Assembly (NCBI GenBank): GCA_964016885.1
Contig: OZ024742.1
Location: 134,106,001 to 134,170,000, forward strand
Source of the DNA: Eledone cirrhosa
Taxonomy: Eukaryota
Reading direction: 5' to 3'
DNA: 64,000 nucleotides
Part shown: positions 1-12,570 of the stretch, in pieces
Layout: each line of letters opens with the position of its first letter
Position numbering within the stretch: position 1 is the stretch's first letter
Translations under genes and position numbers: made by a program
Notes under the pieces: model-generated
Databases searched by the model: none
What the model saw: the letters and a program-made list of their open reading frames with translations, nothing else
Told to the model about the DNA's origin: nothing

Positions 1-152
1 GTTTGTTTACAAACACACCGAGCATTATAATAAATGTTCGGTGAATCCATACGTACATATATATGTGTGTGCATGTATGTATATATATATTCATATACTG
101 TACTTATACATACTTATGTATATATATACATATATATATATATAGGTGTATT

Positions 153-210
153 ATACTATGAACATTTCAATGACCGGGTTCAGTATGAATCCGGTTATAT
201 CATCAGGTAT
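153..210 (-). ncRNA. Type I hammerhead ribozyme
   Basis: Minus strand: atac CTGATGA tata accggattca tac tgaacccggt catt GAAA tgttca TA gtat. Stem I atac/gtat, long stem II, AUA cleavage triplet. Confidence 0.8.
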
Positions 211-790
211 TCAAAATATAACAAAGGAATATAACAGATAAAATCCATGGGGCTGAACATCAGAGACAAGAGGATGACCGACTATTTAGCAGCTTCTACC
301 TCAGTCGGCCGCCCTCAAGTGTTGATTATTAAGTCTACTTATGACCATCTGTTGATGGGCGCAAGCTTATAATGTGCTACTACCTTCCCGTCAAAGAGAA
401 ATGTCAGCATTGAGGTCATGCCACAATAAAGTTGACTATGCGTGCTAGAAATTACCGCGAAAAATGTTTTTTCCAAATAACATATATCTTTAACAAAGGT
501 ATATATAGTGGGCGCCTGTATGGTATAATGTGTGGACAGAAACTTCGGTTAGCAATTAGAAACGTTAAACTTATGTTTAGAGTTATATGATGAAATAAAA
601 TTTAATATTTGGGTTGTGAGATTTAGTTAAAGAATTTACAGAAATAGTCTTTTATGAAAAAGTTTAAGTGTATTATAGATAGTCTCGATAAGTTTTCAGG
701 GTAGGATATATAGTAAAGATTAAGCCCTTGTTTAGCAGTCAATAACCAGCGACGACTGCAGACCCTGGCCAGACCTCCCTAACCACGTGT

Positions 791-1245
791 CAGCCGTTCC
801 GAGTAATATCGTCTAGCGAAAGAAATGGAAATGGGAAGCACTCCAGGAATGTAACTGTCTTAGGCGTCGGGTGTGTAAGCGGGAAGTCAGCCATCGCCGT
901 CAGGCCATCGTTTATACCAAACGAATACTATTAATTCACACAGGAGGGGAATTTAGTTACATGCCACTAGGGGGAGGCATGATACAGCTAATAGTTATGA
1001 TTAAGCCTATAATTTAAAGGTACTATTTGGCGGTCAAATCCGGCAGCGCGGCGAGTTCCAAGTCCGACTGGGCCCCGGGGCGAAGCAGCCGTTCCGAGTA
1101 ATTTCGATTACCGTAAGGAGGGGAAATTTAATTTTCAAAGCATTCAAGGAAGTCTTATCAACCCGAGTGCGTGGCGTGCAGTCGGGAAAGCCGCCACATC
1201 CATCGGATCATCGCGTGTTACCAAACGATTATTATATATTCACAC
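791..1245. repeat. Diverged ~295 bp-period duplication inside the 2 kb element
   Basis: cagccgttccgagtaat at 791 and 1086; taccaaacga..ta...attcacac at ~915-940 and ~1219-1245. Confidence 0.75.
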
Positions 1246-2190
1246 CCGTGATGTGAAGTTGGAAGTGGTAAAACCCGATGTAATGCGCAAATAGACTATA
1301 TTTAGTCACCAGTTAATCCGGGTTATAAGTAGTGTGGTTCTTGGGTGGGTAGGGGGAGTGAATAAAGATAAACAGATATGAGGGTACAGAGAGTAATATT
1401 CTAGGGCCGTGTGCTAATGAGCACAGTGATTAGTATATAATGTGAGTAAAGCGAGTAGATAAATAGCTAAATAGAAGGAATAATAAGCAAAATAAATAAA
1501 TAAAAAGCAAAATACAAAAATACAAATACATACATACAGATACATAAATAAAACGCCGTCATAACTAGGGTGGTGATGGAGTAAAACGGAAGTATATAAG
1601 AACATATCGGAGAAATCAAAACACAGGGGAAATACAATATAGATCAAGGTGTAGTTGGATAATACAATGTTATACATATAGATATAGAGGATGGACGAGA
1701 TGGAATGGTATCAGATGATACATAGTGTATGTTCGAGTCTCAGAAATCAATGTGAATCACAACGGCGCTGAAGTATAGGATAGAGAATTCAGTCAATACA
1801 ATACAACTCATAGTATAATACGTAGAATGTTGTCGGAGTCTGAATATTCCCGACAGGGAAGCAGCAGTGGACCAGGTGGGCGGTAGACAAAATCCGAATG
1901 TTGTGTAGATCAGTTAGTCCCATGCTGGCGAAAGCTGTACACTGGAGTCAGTGCCGCTGTTCATTATTACAACTGAAAGCCCTCGACATTTCTGGAGCAT
2001 TATTTATTTAGGGTTGTTGGTTCGCCATTGGATAGAACTGTTCATTCCGTATGGCCAATCTCGATGTAATATTATGGAGAGCACTCAACGTAATGCAACT
2101 CACCTGTTTTCGTTTGTGTAGTTGGTGGTGCGAGTACGGAGTTAATTATTATAGGAGGCTGGACCGGTGTAAATCCTTGAAAGGTTTATT

Positions 2191-2248
2191 ATACTATGAA
2201 CATTTCAATGACTGGGTTCAGTATGAATCCGGTTATATCATCAGGTAT
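2191..2248 (-). ncRNA. Type I hammerhead ribozyme (second copy)
   Basis: Same motif as 153-210, with one stem II substitution. Confidence 0.8.
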
Positions 2249-2472
2249 TCAAAATATAACAAAGGAATATAACAGATAAAATCCATGGGGCTGAAAATCA
2301 GAGACAAGAGGACGACCGACTATTTAGCAGCATCTACCTCAGTCGGCCGCCCTCGAATGTCGATTATTAAGTCGACTTATGAGCATCTGGTCATGCCACA
2401 ATCAGGCTGCCTATGCGTGCTAGAAATTGCCGCGAAACATCTTTTTTCCAAAGAACTTATATCTTCAACAAA

Positions 2473-2511
<39 letters not shown>

Positions 2512-2520
2512 AGAGAGAGA

Positions 2521-2602
<82 letters not shown>

Positions 2603-2924
2603 TGTGTGAGATAGAGATAGAGAGAGAGCGAATGAGAGAAAAATGATCCTGCGAGTAAGCTCTTGCGAATCGGGAGTAACAAGGCCTTCCCCTTCACGAT
2701 AATATATACATATTTAAACTCTATTCCGGTATGGAATAATTTTTCGCAAGTCAATCAAAGTCACACACACAGATATTCACACACACCTACGCACGCATAT
2801 AAATATATATATATGTATATGATGTTATAGAGTATGGCCATTGCACGATATACCATTATTAATAATTATTAATTCTATCGTACAATGCCTGTGCGTGAAG
2901 ATATGTTTTAAAGTGAGGAAAGAC

Positions 2925-3312
2925 TTTGCCCTGAGACAATCCCACTCTTTGAGCGACAGTAGCTATAACCCGAAAAGAAGAAAAGATCAACATCATCGGT
3001 AACTACTGAGCCGCAGGTTTTATATCAGAGTTAGACCAGTTTCCTGAGTTGCCTTCTCCTAGAAGAATGCCCTGACAAATGCTAGGGGTCCTTCACTCCC
3101 AGTGGTTTAACTGCGCGGTACATGTATATATACATATTAACACACTTAAGGATGGTCGTTGACTCTTATGAGTTCTTCCGCCCTTTGTCAGGTTTTGTTT
3201 TATGTCCCACCAAGTAAACTTGGTGGGATCGCCGGTTTAGTCGCCGACGACTCGATCATGAGACAGATTGTACTGGGTTACATGTTACTAGTAGCACTCA
3301 ATACTGACCCGA
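2925..3312 (-). mobile_element. 5' UTR fragment of an RTE-clade LINE
   Basis: Colinear similarity to 53335-53640 (ctctgatataaaacctgc, gagtcaacg.ccatcc, ggcgactaaac..cccaccaag blocks). Confidence 0.7.
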
Positions 3313-3340
3313 CATATATATATATATACACATACATACT

Positions 3341-3390
<50 letters not shown>

Positions 3391-4146
3391 CACATCTCAT
3401 TTTGTCTGACTCGTTTAGCTTGTTCGCTTTTTTGGCTATGGGGGCTATGGCTGGCTTCTTAACCATCGTCTCAGCGTGTATGACCATTTTAACTTATGTT
3501 TATAGCTCTGCTAACCTCTTCATATCCATGGAGCGCTTGTCTGCACAATATGGAAGTTGCGTTTCACTAATTTCTACCCGCCGAAATTCGATTCTCGCTA
3601 AATTCATATTTGTATTAATCTCCCAAGTCAAGCGATTAACCAGTTCATTTGTTTGGCATTTTACTTAATTCTATTGACCGATTAATCGCTTAAGTTTATT
3701 TTAATAACAACTCGGTAGAGAGCTAATTCGTTTTGTGTGGTTTTTGCAAATGTTTGCAATAACTACACATGCTGAATTCACTGACCAACATAGGGGTTTT
3801 CTCCCCTTAGAATCTCACATGTTCTTTCACAACCTGCGAGATTCTGGCGCAAGAAGAACAGAAACCTGTTGAGAAAGCGATGCCTTGTTCGATCATTATA
3901 CCAAAAGCTTATTTTTATAAGCAAACAGTATTATTGATTTAGGTGTTGCAGAACCCCAATTTCGGAATATTCCATCTTCCCCGAGGGTCCGGGTAACTAT
4001 TTCAGTCATATCTCATTTTGTTTGACCCGTTTAGCTTCGCTTTTTTGGCTATGGTGGCTATGGCTTCATAACCATCGTCTCAGCGTGCATTACCATTTTA
4101 AGTTATGTTTATATGCATGGACCGCTTGTCTGCACAATATGGAAGT
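3391..4146. repeat. Small element bounded by ~150 bp direct repeats (period ~616 bp)
   Basis: ca.atctcattttgt..ga..cgtttagc...gcttgtctgcacaatatggaagt at 3391-3558 and 4007-4146. Flanked by (TA)n. Confidence 0.75.
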
Positions 4147-4513
4147 ATATATATATATTATGGAAGTATATATATATTATTATTATTATTATTATTATAA
4201 TTACTTTGAAAGTAATCGGTGTCATGACTGATACAAAATGAAATATGTGTCTTGTCTCTAAAAATCGTTCAAGATAGAATTCATTCAGATAATAAAATAG
4301 AGCCTTAATCATTATAAGAAAGTGATTGAAATATATTCATACACAGATAAGTGTGCACTAAGACATATCAAAACATAGAACTAGAGACAATCTACACTGA
4401 AAGTAAGACTACATAATTCGTTGAGTATCTTATTAAAATTAAATTTTAAAAAATTAAAACAAAATACCTAATAACGATCAAATATATTTCCCTAATATGT
4501 ATACTCAACAAAA

Positions 4514-4573
4514 TCAGAATACATTTCACCAAATAACAGCGAAATTAGATATTTTGACACGGGTCATCAGTGA
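4514..4573 (-). ncRNA. Degenerate hammerhead ribozyme
   Basis: Minus: tca CTGATGA cccgtg...ttggt GAAA tgtat TC tga. Stems II and III are weak. Its 3' part recurs inverted at 4788-4835. Confidence 0.5.
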
Positions 4574-5003
4574 GGGAATTTCAAAATCATGTAATCTCAC
4601 TCAATGCAGGGTTGAAAGTTGCTAAACGCACATGCTACCAACACATGCATTTTAGCACTGGCAACGACATGAAGGGTTCTCGTTCGCCAAAAAATAGCAG
4701 TCCAACATATCGACGATAAACCGCTCACCAAGTAAGGATCAGACATATTATTATTATTACTTTCAAAGTAAAGGGTGTCATGACCGTGAAATGTATTCTG
4801 ATTTTGTGGAGAATACATATTAGGGAAATATACGTATATATATATATAATATATATATATATGTGTGTGTGTGTGTAGGAGGTGAGTTTTATTGTAGTAC
4901 AATAAAGCAATGCAGATATCGGATAAGTAACACTCTACAATTTGTAGGACTGGAGTATAAATAATAATATATAAGATCAAAAGATGGTTAAAAGAGTTCC
5001 ATG

Positions 5004-5074
5004 TATTTTATTATGCGCATTTCAAAAACAAATATCATCATGCAATAACATTTGCGTTTTCGTCAGATAAAATA
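5004..5074 (-). ncRNA. Type I hammerhead ribozyme, intact
   Basis: Minus: tattttat CTGACGA aaacg caaatgttatt gcat gatgatatttg ttttt GAAA tgcgca TA ataaaata. 8 bp stem I, palindromic stem III. Confidence 0.88.
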
Positions 5075-5144
5075 GGGAGACATGATATGAAGGTTAACAC
5101 TGCACTATTCACAAATGTGTTTTAACCTTCATATCATGTCTCCC

Positions 5145-5214
5145 TATTTTATCTGACGAAAACGCAAATGTTATTGCATGATGATATTTTTATTTGAATG
5201 CGCATAATAAAATA
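5145..5214 (+). ncRNA. Type I hammerhead ribozyme, mirror copy with 1 nt deletion (GAAA to GAA)
   Basis: Plus: tattttat CTGACGA ... GAA tgcgca TA ataaaata. Confidence 0.75.
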
Positions 5215-5257
5215 CATGGAACTCTTTTAACCATCTTTTGATCTTATATATTATTAT

Positions 5258-5316
<59 letters not shown>

Positions 5317-5351
5317 GGTGTTAAAGTTTGCTTGAAGCATTGTGAAATGTG

Positions 5352-5760
5352 TAAAAATACGTATTTAAGAAAGCCACAATGCAAAGGGAAATCTCGAGGT
5401 AGGAAGTGAAATATAGATAGGAAAAACAGGTGAAAGTGAAAATTGAGAGAGACAAAGATGAAAACAAGGTGTGATGTCGTTAAGACAGGAATGCCGTTAT
5501 AACGGCATTCCTGTCTTAACGACATCACACCTTTCTCCGCTTGGCCTGTTTCCCCCCTTTTGGAACTTTTCCCCCGTTGATGGGCGTGAGCCCGAAATAT
5601 TGGGATTAAATCTCTACTACGGTAACCCTTCTACCTTTGTTTTGTTTTCATCTTTGTCTCTCTCAATTTTCACTTTCACCTGTTTTTCCTATCTATATTT
5701 CACTTCCTACCTCGAGATTTCCCTTTGCATTGTTGTGGCTTTCTTAAATACGTATTTTTA
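5352..5760. repeat. Foldback element with a perfect 68 bp central palindrome (5466-5533)
   Basis: aaggtgtgatgtcgttaagacaggaatgccgtta|taacggcattcctgtcttaacgacatcacacctt. Outer arms 5352-5465 and ~5642-5760 are reverse complements. About 105 bp extra on the right arm only. Confidence 0.92.
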
Positions 5761-6478
5761 TATATATATATATATATATATGTGCGTGTGAGAGTGAGAG
5801 CGTATGGGAGTGAATATCAAATCAGATTATTACAATCATAGCAGTTTGGTAGGGAAGATAGTAAAGGAATTTTGCATTATATTTGCGTAAATACATGAGT
5901 GTTCTAACTTGGGATTCGTAATCAGGGTATATGTTCTCATATGCTTCAGTTGTTGATATCGTTATTCAGTTGAGGGTATGCTATTCGGAATGTGACTAAT
6001 GAGTCTGTTGCTGGGGGCAATGAGATTCGGCTATATTTGTAAATGTCATGTTGACATTATATACATTAATTAATCTATGATAAGCTGGTATGGTCTAAAT
6101 GTTAGTGTAAATGCATATTTATAAGTATACGAACAAGCACACACGTTAATACGTATCTGCACGGATACATATTTATTTAAATGAATGACTAAAAACATAT
6201 TTAACGATTATATTTGTATCTGACAAAAACATACAGAAACACACCCGCACTCACATAGGTATGCAAACAGACTCACAGAATTGCTCGAAAACGTATAGCA
6301 CATTGTAAACCCAGACACATCCGTACACAGTCACACAGACGCGCCATTCACACGTGTATATTTATATCTACACACACATACATATACATATGTGTGTATG
6401 TGTGTTTGTGTATATATACACACACACATACACCCGCCAGACACACACACTCGCGCGCACACATACACACATATATAT

Positions 6479-6526
<48 letters not shown>

Positions 6527-6589
6527 ATAGTAATAATACTATATTTGAAAGAAAATGGCCTGTTCCAATCGTAGTGGAGAGGTTAAACG

Positions 6590-7790
6590 ATGCACCGATC
6601 ATTAGTAGGCTTTATGATGCAATGTCGAAATAGCCGCATGCACACATATATTGTACAGTGTGTTACTTTTAGAGGAGACATATTAGGTAATAACACAGAA
6701 TGATAGAATGAAGCAGCTGATAAAAATGATTTAATTGGAATCTTTCTCCCATGAAAACTTACGAATAAATGTTGTTTTCTCACTTTCCAAACCCTACTTA
6801 TGTAAAAGTATGTAAAAATATCAAAACTGCAACTGCCACCACATGGTTTCTAATTCATCTATGATACCATAATCCCCTATCACATTCATGTTTAGTAATG
6901 CCAATACTAATGTCATTCTTATCTTCAAATCAGCAAACATGACAAGAGCTATTTATAATATTGCAGCACGAGCCAGCGTGTTGAGAGTCTATGTACCAGC
7001 ATATTTTGCTTTATATAACTTTCAAAACCTAATGTTTCCGTGGTGATTAACTGTGGGTACAATGAAGGTAATTCCAGAAGTCTTTATATAAAAAGTAACA
7101 TGAAAAGGACAACACAGTTCATAGTGTTAACATGTATTACGTAATTGACACCTGTTTCGCCAACTTACAAATGTATACGATCCAAAAATGCTTGTCTGAT
7201 TAGACTTATCGGAGAAAACATGTCACCCTATTTTGTATTATCGAATAAGTCATCTCGTCACAAAAACAATGTTTACATTTATATATTTACCATCTTGTTT
7301 TTGTGTTGTGTGCTGAGGGCACACAACACACAACACACAACACACAAAACAAGCAAAATGGTGTTGGACAGCACAAAGTAGAGACACCTAACAAAAACAA
7401 ATAGTCACTGAGGAGGACACAGAATATGTGACGCGACGAAAGAGATTTGACAATAAAGAAACAACCATCCGGTTATGGAACCAAACAACCAACGTGAAAT
7501 CCATAATAGTTTGAAGTGAAAAGCAACATGTGCGTGTGTTTTTATTGGCAGCATGACCCTTCCAAAGTATAACACCTAATATTTTATTATCCCAAAAGGC
7601 AAAAACATTCTTACTGCATTTGCATTTTATAATGTTCTTTATAAGTGTACGTTGGAAGGGATGATGGTACTTATGAAACTTTATGATTGCGGTTATAACT
7701 AACAATTCAAATTCGAGTCTTTTTACATTGGGTGGCGCTTTTGTTCGGTGTATGAACAAATAAAATATATTCTGCTCTCTTCTCGATTGA
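6590..7790 (-). pseudogene. Highly decayed CSGALNACT-like (chondroitin GalNAc-transferase) fragment
   Basis: Frameshifted minus-strand pieces in the expected order: RREQ..RTK, AFLDRIHL, SFDI, GLESEKTTFIRKF (cf. GWGGEDVHLYRKY), QY/VCMR (cf. QYKMCMQ). Confidence 0.4.
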
Positions 7791-7830
7791 GCACTGTCTT
7801 CCCTTTTCATTTTCATACCTATGGATATTG

Positions 7831-7832
<2 letters not shown>

Positions 7833-7892
<60 letters not shown>

Positions 7893-8107
7893 ACACACAC
7901 ACACACGTGCGCGCGCACACACACACACACACACACACCCACACACACACGCACACACACACACACACACAAACACACATACACACACACACACATACAC
8001 ACACACAAATACACGCACACACACATACACACACACACACAAATACACGCACACACAAACACATACATACACACACATATATATATATATATACAGAGAG
8101 AGAGAGA
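7833..8107. repeat. Compound (CA)n/(TA)n/(GA)n microsatellite, representative of dozens in the window
   Basis: Directly visible. Explains the THTH/CVCV/YIYI ORFs. Confidence 0.98.
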
Positions 8108-10579
8108 GTATGTTCTAAAATGTATGTGAATATGCCTGTGCATCACTTACATCAGTGGAAATGCGTATGTGTATATATGTATGATGCTTCACATAATACT
8201 TTGTATAGTAATGGAAGGGTATTTATTCTTCAACATCTTATATTCATTAGTATACTTCCGAAATGTATATTTGTGTGCGCTTGTGTATTCAATGTTTCGC
8301 ATACATTACTATTGTAATTATATAGTTTCCTACACGCGATATGTTGTGCTTATGCTGACATGTCTATCAACATATCTGTCATAAATAGTCGTTTGTGTCT
8401 TCGCGAGTGTGTATCGATAGCCTTAAGGAATTATTTTAAACAGATAATTGACACCGTCTGTATCTGGTGCCATTTATCTAGTTTTTTTCGAGTATCTCTT
8501 GCAAAGTCGAATTACTAACGGATATGCTGAACTGGTAAATTTACAAATTATTTGTAACTTTTTGACATAACGTACTCGATTATGAGTTAATGTCCTTTTA
8601 GACGTTATTCCGTGGATTATTGATATTCGTTAAGAAACACATTTGTAAATATAATTCCGAGGGTTCATGCCTCAATTTTCTAAAAAATAAAAACACCTAG
8701 GGTTTTCACAGTTGCCTGTTTTCCACGAATCTATCATTTTAACATGGTCTTACACCTCCCATATTATCCTTAGATTCCGACGGATATGGGAATCAGGTTT
8801 GTTGAAAACACGCAAAACAATCCGCGAAAGAATTCTCACCAACTAATAAGACTTCCGAAATAAAAACTCCGAAATCTCCACATCCAAGCCCACGAACCCT
8901 AATTTTCTAATAAAACAGTCGCTTCCGACTGAGTTAAATATCACATTCGTTGGAAACATAGAAAAAGCTGGGATAAAAAAATGTCTACCAAAGAAAACTG
9001 CGAGTATGCGAAACGCGGGTCTACACTCGCCCCTACCTTCCATTTCTAGGAAAACATTTCAATTGCTACTGAATTGGAAGTCAAATTAGTTGTAAACACC
9101 CGAAAAAATTAGGAAAAGAAAGAATTCCTCACGAAGCCCTGAGGGGTCTTTTGTATACATTTACCAATATTTAAAAGAAACGCGGAATTCATTTCATATT
9201 TTGACTCCCTGTTCCATATCAATAAAATCTGTGTATAAATAAATGCTAGTTTCAAGTGTTCAGTTTCAAATCTCATCTGACCTGGTTAACAATCGTTTGT
9301 GGAAGGACATGGCATTACATTAAATAACCAGCATTGTAAATCCATTTAAATATTTTCCCTATTGCAATAGTAATAATACATTTTTTCTATTATACCCCTG
9401 TTATTTAAACGCGAGTGAACACAAGTCAGCTCCCAGATTATAATAATACACCATATCCTATATCACGTCCTACGTGTATTTTGGGAAAAATATCTTCGCT
9501 TTTCTTTAATTCTTTTGTCGACAATGACACTGACACTTTTCTCAGTTACATTTATTTTATTTTCGCTTTTATGATTATTTATAATGTGGAAACAATTATA
9601 TTGTCCTAGTTCCTTATACACGTATTGTCTTTGAAAAATCATTTACATTTCTACTGTATGTTAGCACTTGTCAGCCTATAACCTATGTGTATTTTACATT
9701 AAATTTGTCAATTTCTTCTTGGAAAATGAATAGAGGTGATAACTGTCATTTTTTATAATGATAGGGTATTGATTGCTACCAGAGTTCGAGAACTATTTCA
9801 CAAAAGACGTAATCTAAAACAACGTATTCCGTTTAGATATTCATTGTACTGCCAATGTTAGACATTTTAGGATCGACTATCAAAGCGTATATGAAGACAA
9901 GTTTAATTGTTTACGTAAACTTCAACAACAACAAAGCATCAAACTAGTAGGGATTCGGTAACGGATTAGAGTGATGCATTAGACATTATAAATATCCCAA
10001 CTGAAAGTCTGTGTGGGTCACAAGAATGTTATTAAACTCAATGCCGTTCTAAGAAACGTAATATTTAGAGAAAGAAGTATTAATTAATGTATTGAACTCA
10101 GGAAATGAGTTGACATTGAAAAAGTCGGCGAGTGTTGATCTGGTTTTATAAGCCAAATTACACATGATTTTCGAACAACATATATTTAGGACGTGATAAA
10201 ATACTCACTATCAGCGTTGAAAGTGGAGACCGTCAACACTATGTTACATCACATTCCGTTTTGATTCAATATACTGAAAACTTAACGTTACGTACTTATA
10301 TACACCAAAAAGTGCATAAAATGTTAATATGAAATTGTTAGGGACATGTAAGATATGTAATGTTCAAAGATACTCTCGTTGACAGTGTTTCGGTCAGTAT
10401 GAATCCCAGTGCAAAATTACGGACTGTTAACACTAGTTATATCATGTGGAACGACAACAGTCGGTAGCATTTGAACTTAGAACAGAATTTGTAACATTAC
10501 TACAAATCATTCTATATGAAGAATTAACGACTCTACCAATTTATATAAATACATACACACATATATATATATATGTGTG

Positions 10580-10632
<53 letters not shown>

Positions 10633-10647
10633 ATGGGGGGGGGGGGG

Positions 10648-10718
<71 letters not shown>

Positions 10719-11033
10719 GAGTAGATAGAGGAAGAGTGGAATGGGCATCTAGTCCGGGAAGTTGTGTATCTTCATTTGAAATTCATGGATATCTAGAGGC
10801 TGAATATATAGAACATATCATCTTGATGTATTTACTACCAGAGGAATTAAAGTCTAGACATTTCTTGTACATTACAAAATTGCAGCGTTGGGTGTAGCAA
10901 AGTTGGTGTGGGTGTGTATATAACAGTGTGTCGTATACTCACATGACCATTGAAACATAACACACAAAGAAAACATATATATATATATATATATACAAAT
11001 ACATATGTATACATACATACATACACACACACG

Positions 11034-11075
<42 letters not shown>

Positions 11076-11394
11076 TGTGTGTGTGTGTATGTGTGTATGC
11101 ATGTGTATGAGTGTGTGTTTGTTTGTGTGTGTATGATTGAGTGTGTGTCTATGTGTGGTGCGTGCTTGTCTGTGAAGTAACCCCCGTATATGATTTCGTC
11201 TTATAAATATATTTACACATCCACACACATAGGTACGCATATATGTATATATACAACAAATAAAACACTATACACACACGCAAACGCATGCGCAAAGAAG
11301 ACAAAATAAAATGAACAAACAAGCAAATAAATAAAGAAATATATAGACAGACTGAATAAAATATATGTGTTTGTGTCTATATTGTATCTGAATT

Positions 11395-11555
11395 ATTTTT
11401 GACCGTCGGTCAGTCAATGGCAACATTGAGGACCGAATAAATTAGATTACCGATATAAAAGACACAGAAGCGAGAAGCGAAAAACCAACCAAACAGTTAG
11501 TGTGTTCTGTTATTAATTCTGGCAATATTACACAAATATGACCCTCCCCAAGTAT

Positions 11556-11562
<7 letters not shown>
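11395..11562 (+). mobile_element. Dispersed fragment of the family forming the 20762-21412 foldback
   Basis: Matches 21195-21358 (ggtcagtcaatg...aaccaaccaaac...gacc.tccccaagtataacaatat). Confidence 0.75.
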
Positions 11563-11593
<31 letters not shown>

Positions 11594-11594
11594 C

Positions 11595-11701
<107 letters not shown>

Positions 11702-11864
11702 CTTATTTATTTCCCAAATATAAAAACATGAAGAACTAAACATTGGTATTATTGCATCACATTATTGAAGATGTATGTCATTCTATATAAGCACACGGAT
11801 GCATACCCGCACATATATTCAAACATACATACAAACATACATACAAACATACACATATAGAATT

Positions 11865-12115
11865 CAGATGCCCACTTAACGTCAATATTAAAGAAAAGTG
11901 CAAGAGCAGTATTGTTCCTCCGCACCATTGATGAGGGATTTGACAATGCAACATCCAAATTACTCATTGAGCTTCTTACCCGTTATTATTGGATCTGCAG
12001 GTTATAGACTCTTCAACCCGGGCCAAACGTTAACTGAACTTGGATTTGTGGTGAAACTACGTAGGCCCATAATCTTTAAGCTACCTATCGCCGTAAAACT
12101 TCAAAATCTATAAAC
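11865..12115 (+). mobile_element. 3' fragment of a non-LTR retrotransposon with restriction-like endonuclease (R4/Dong-like)
   Basis: PLMRDLTMQHPNYSLSFLPVIIGSAGY...LTELGF resembles the RLE C-terminus and the 29.2-29.5 kb copy (YTFSFIPIIIGAKC...MTEFG). Confidence 0.5.
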
Positions 12116-12159
12116 TGTTATCATGTACCTGGTGAACAAATTACATGTGTCTCAGGAGT

Positions 12160-12570
12160 TGAGAAAGTGGCTTTTCAGCTGGTTCATGTATATGATGGCC
12201 AGTATGCCTGTGAAGTTGGATCCCATGTGAATATCGATTGTTTGCTATTAGGTCTAGTGAGAAGAGGTTAAATCAGGAAATCCTACAAAATGTGCATAAA
12301 GGATAAAGTGAGAGCCACTTGAATTTAAGTACCACAACAACATACTATGGCATCAAAATACAGCGTACTCCCTGGTCATACTGAGGACATTGAATCCTTT
12401 TCTCAGTTTCTATTTCATCTGTTAAATGTGTCGGCAGAAACGGATGGCTGTGGCATTCAGTGTCACAAGGTAAACTTAGCTTCCAAAGCAGGGCTTGAAA
12501 ATAGGTCCTCTTTCTTCTCTTTGAGGTACTATGAAATTATGCAGCAGAACCCGTAAAGGCGTACATCAAC
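12160..12570 (-). mobile_element. Decayed PLE reverse transcriptase fragment
   Basis: Minus-strand QTIDIHMGSNFTGILAIIYMNQL resembles PLE RT motif B (Q..G..MGS....LA.IYM..LE). Confidence 0.4.

Larger units (their letters stand above)
145..2478 (-). mobile_element. Non-coding PLE-type/retrozyme-like element bounded by direct repeats, each carrying a hammerhead ribozyme
   Basis: ~147-500 repeats at ~2185-2478 (offset 2038 at the ribozymes). No RT/EN-like ORF between them. Both ends abut (TA)n. A third partial copy lies at 33289-33487. Confidence 0.75.
4961..5257. repeat. Foldback (inverted repeat, ~135 bp arms, ~25 bp spacer) with a hammerhead in each arm
   Basis: 4961-5097 is the near-perfect reverse complement of 5122-5257. 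Confidence 0.92.

Noticed and set aside
7388-8317. Long ORFs rich in CV/TH/YI/RE repeats here and throughout the ORF track
   Set aside because: They are translations of dinucleotide microsatellites, which lack stop codons.
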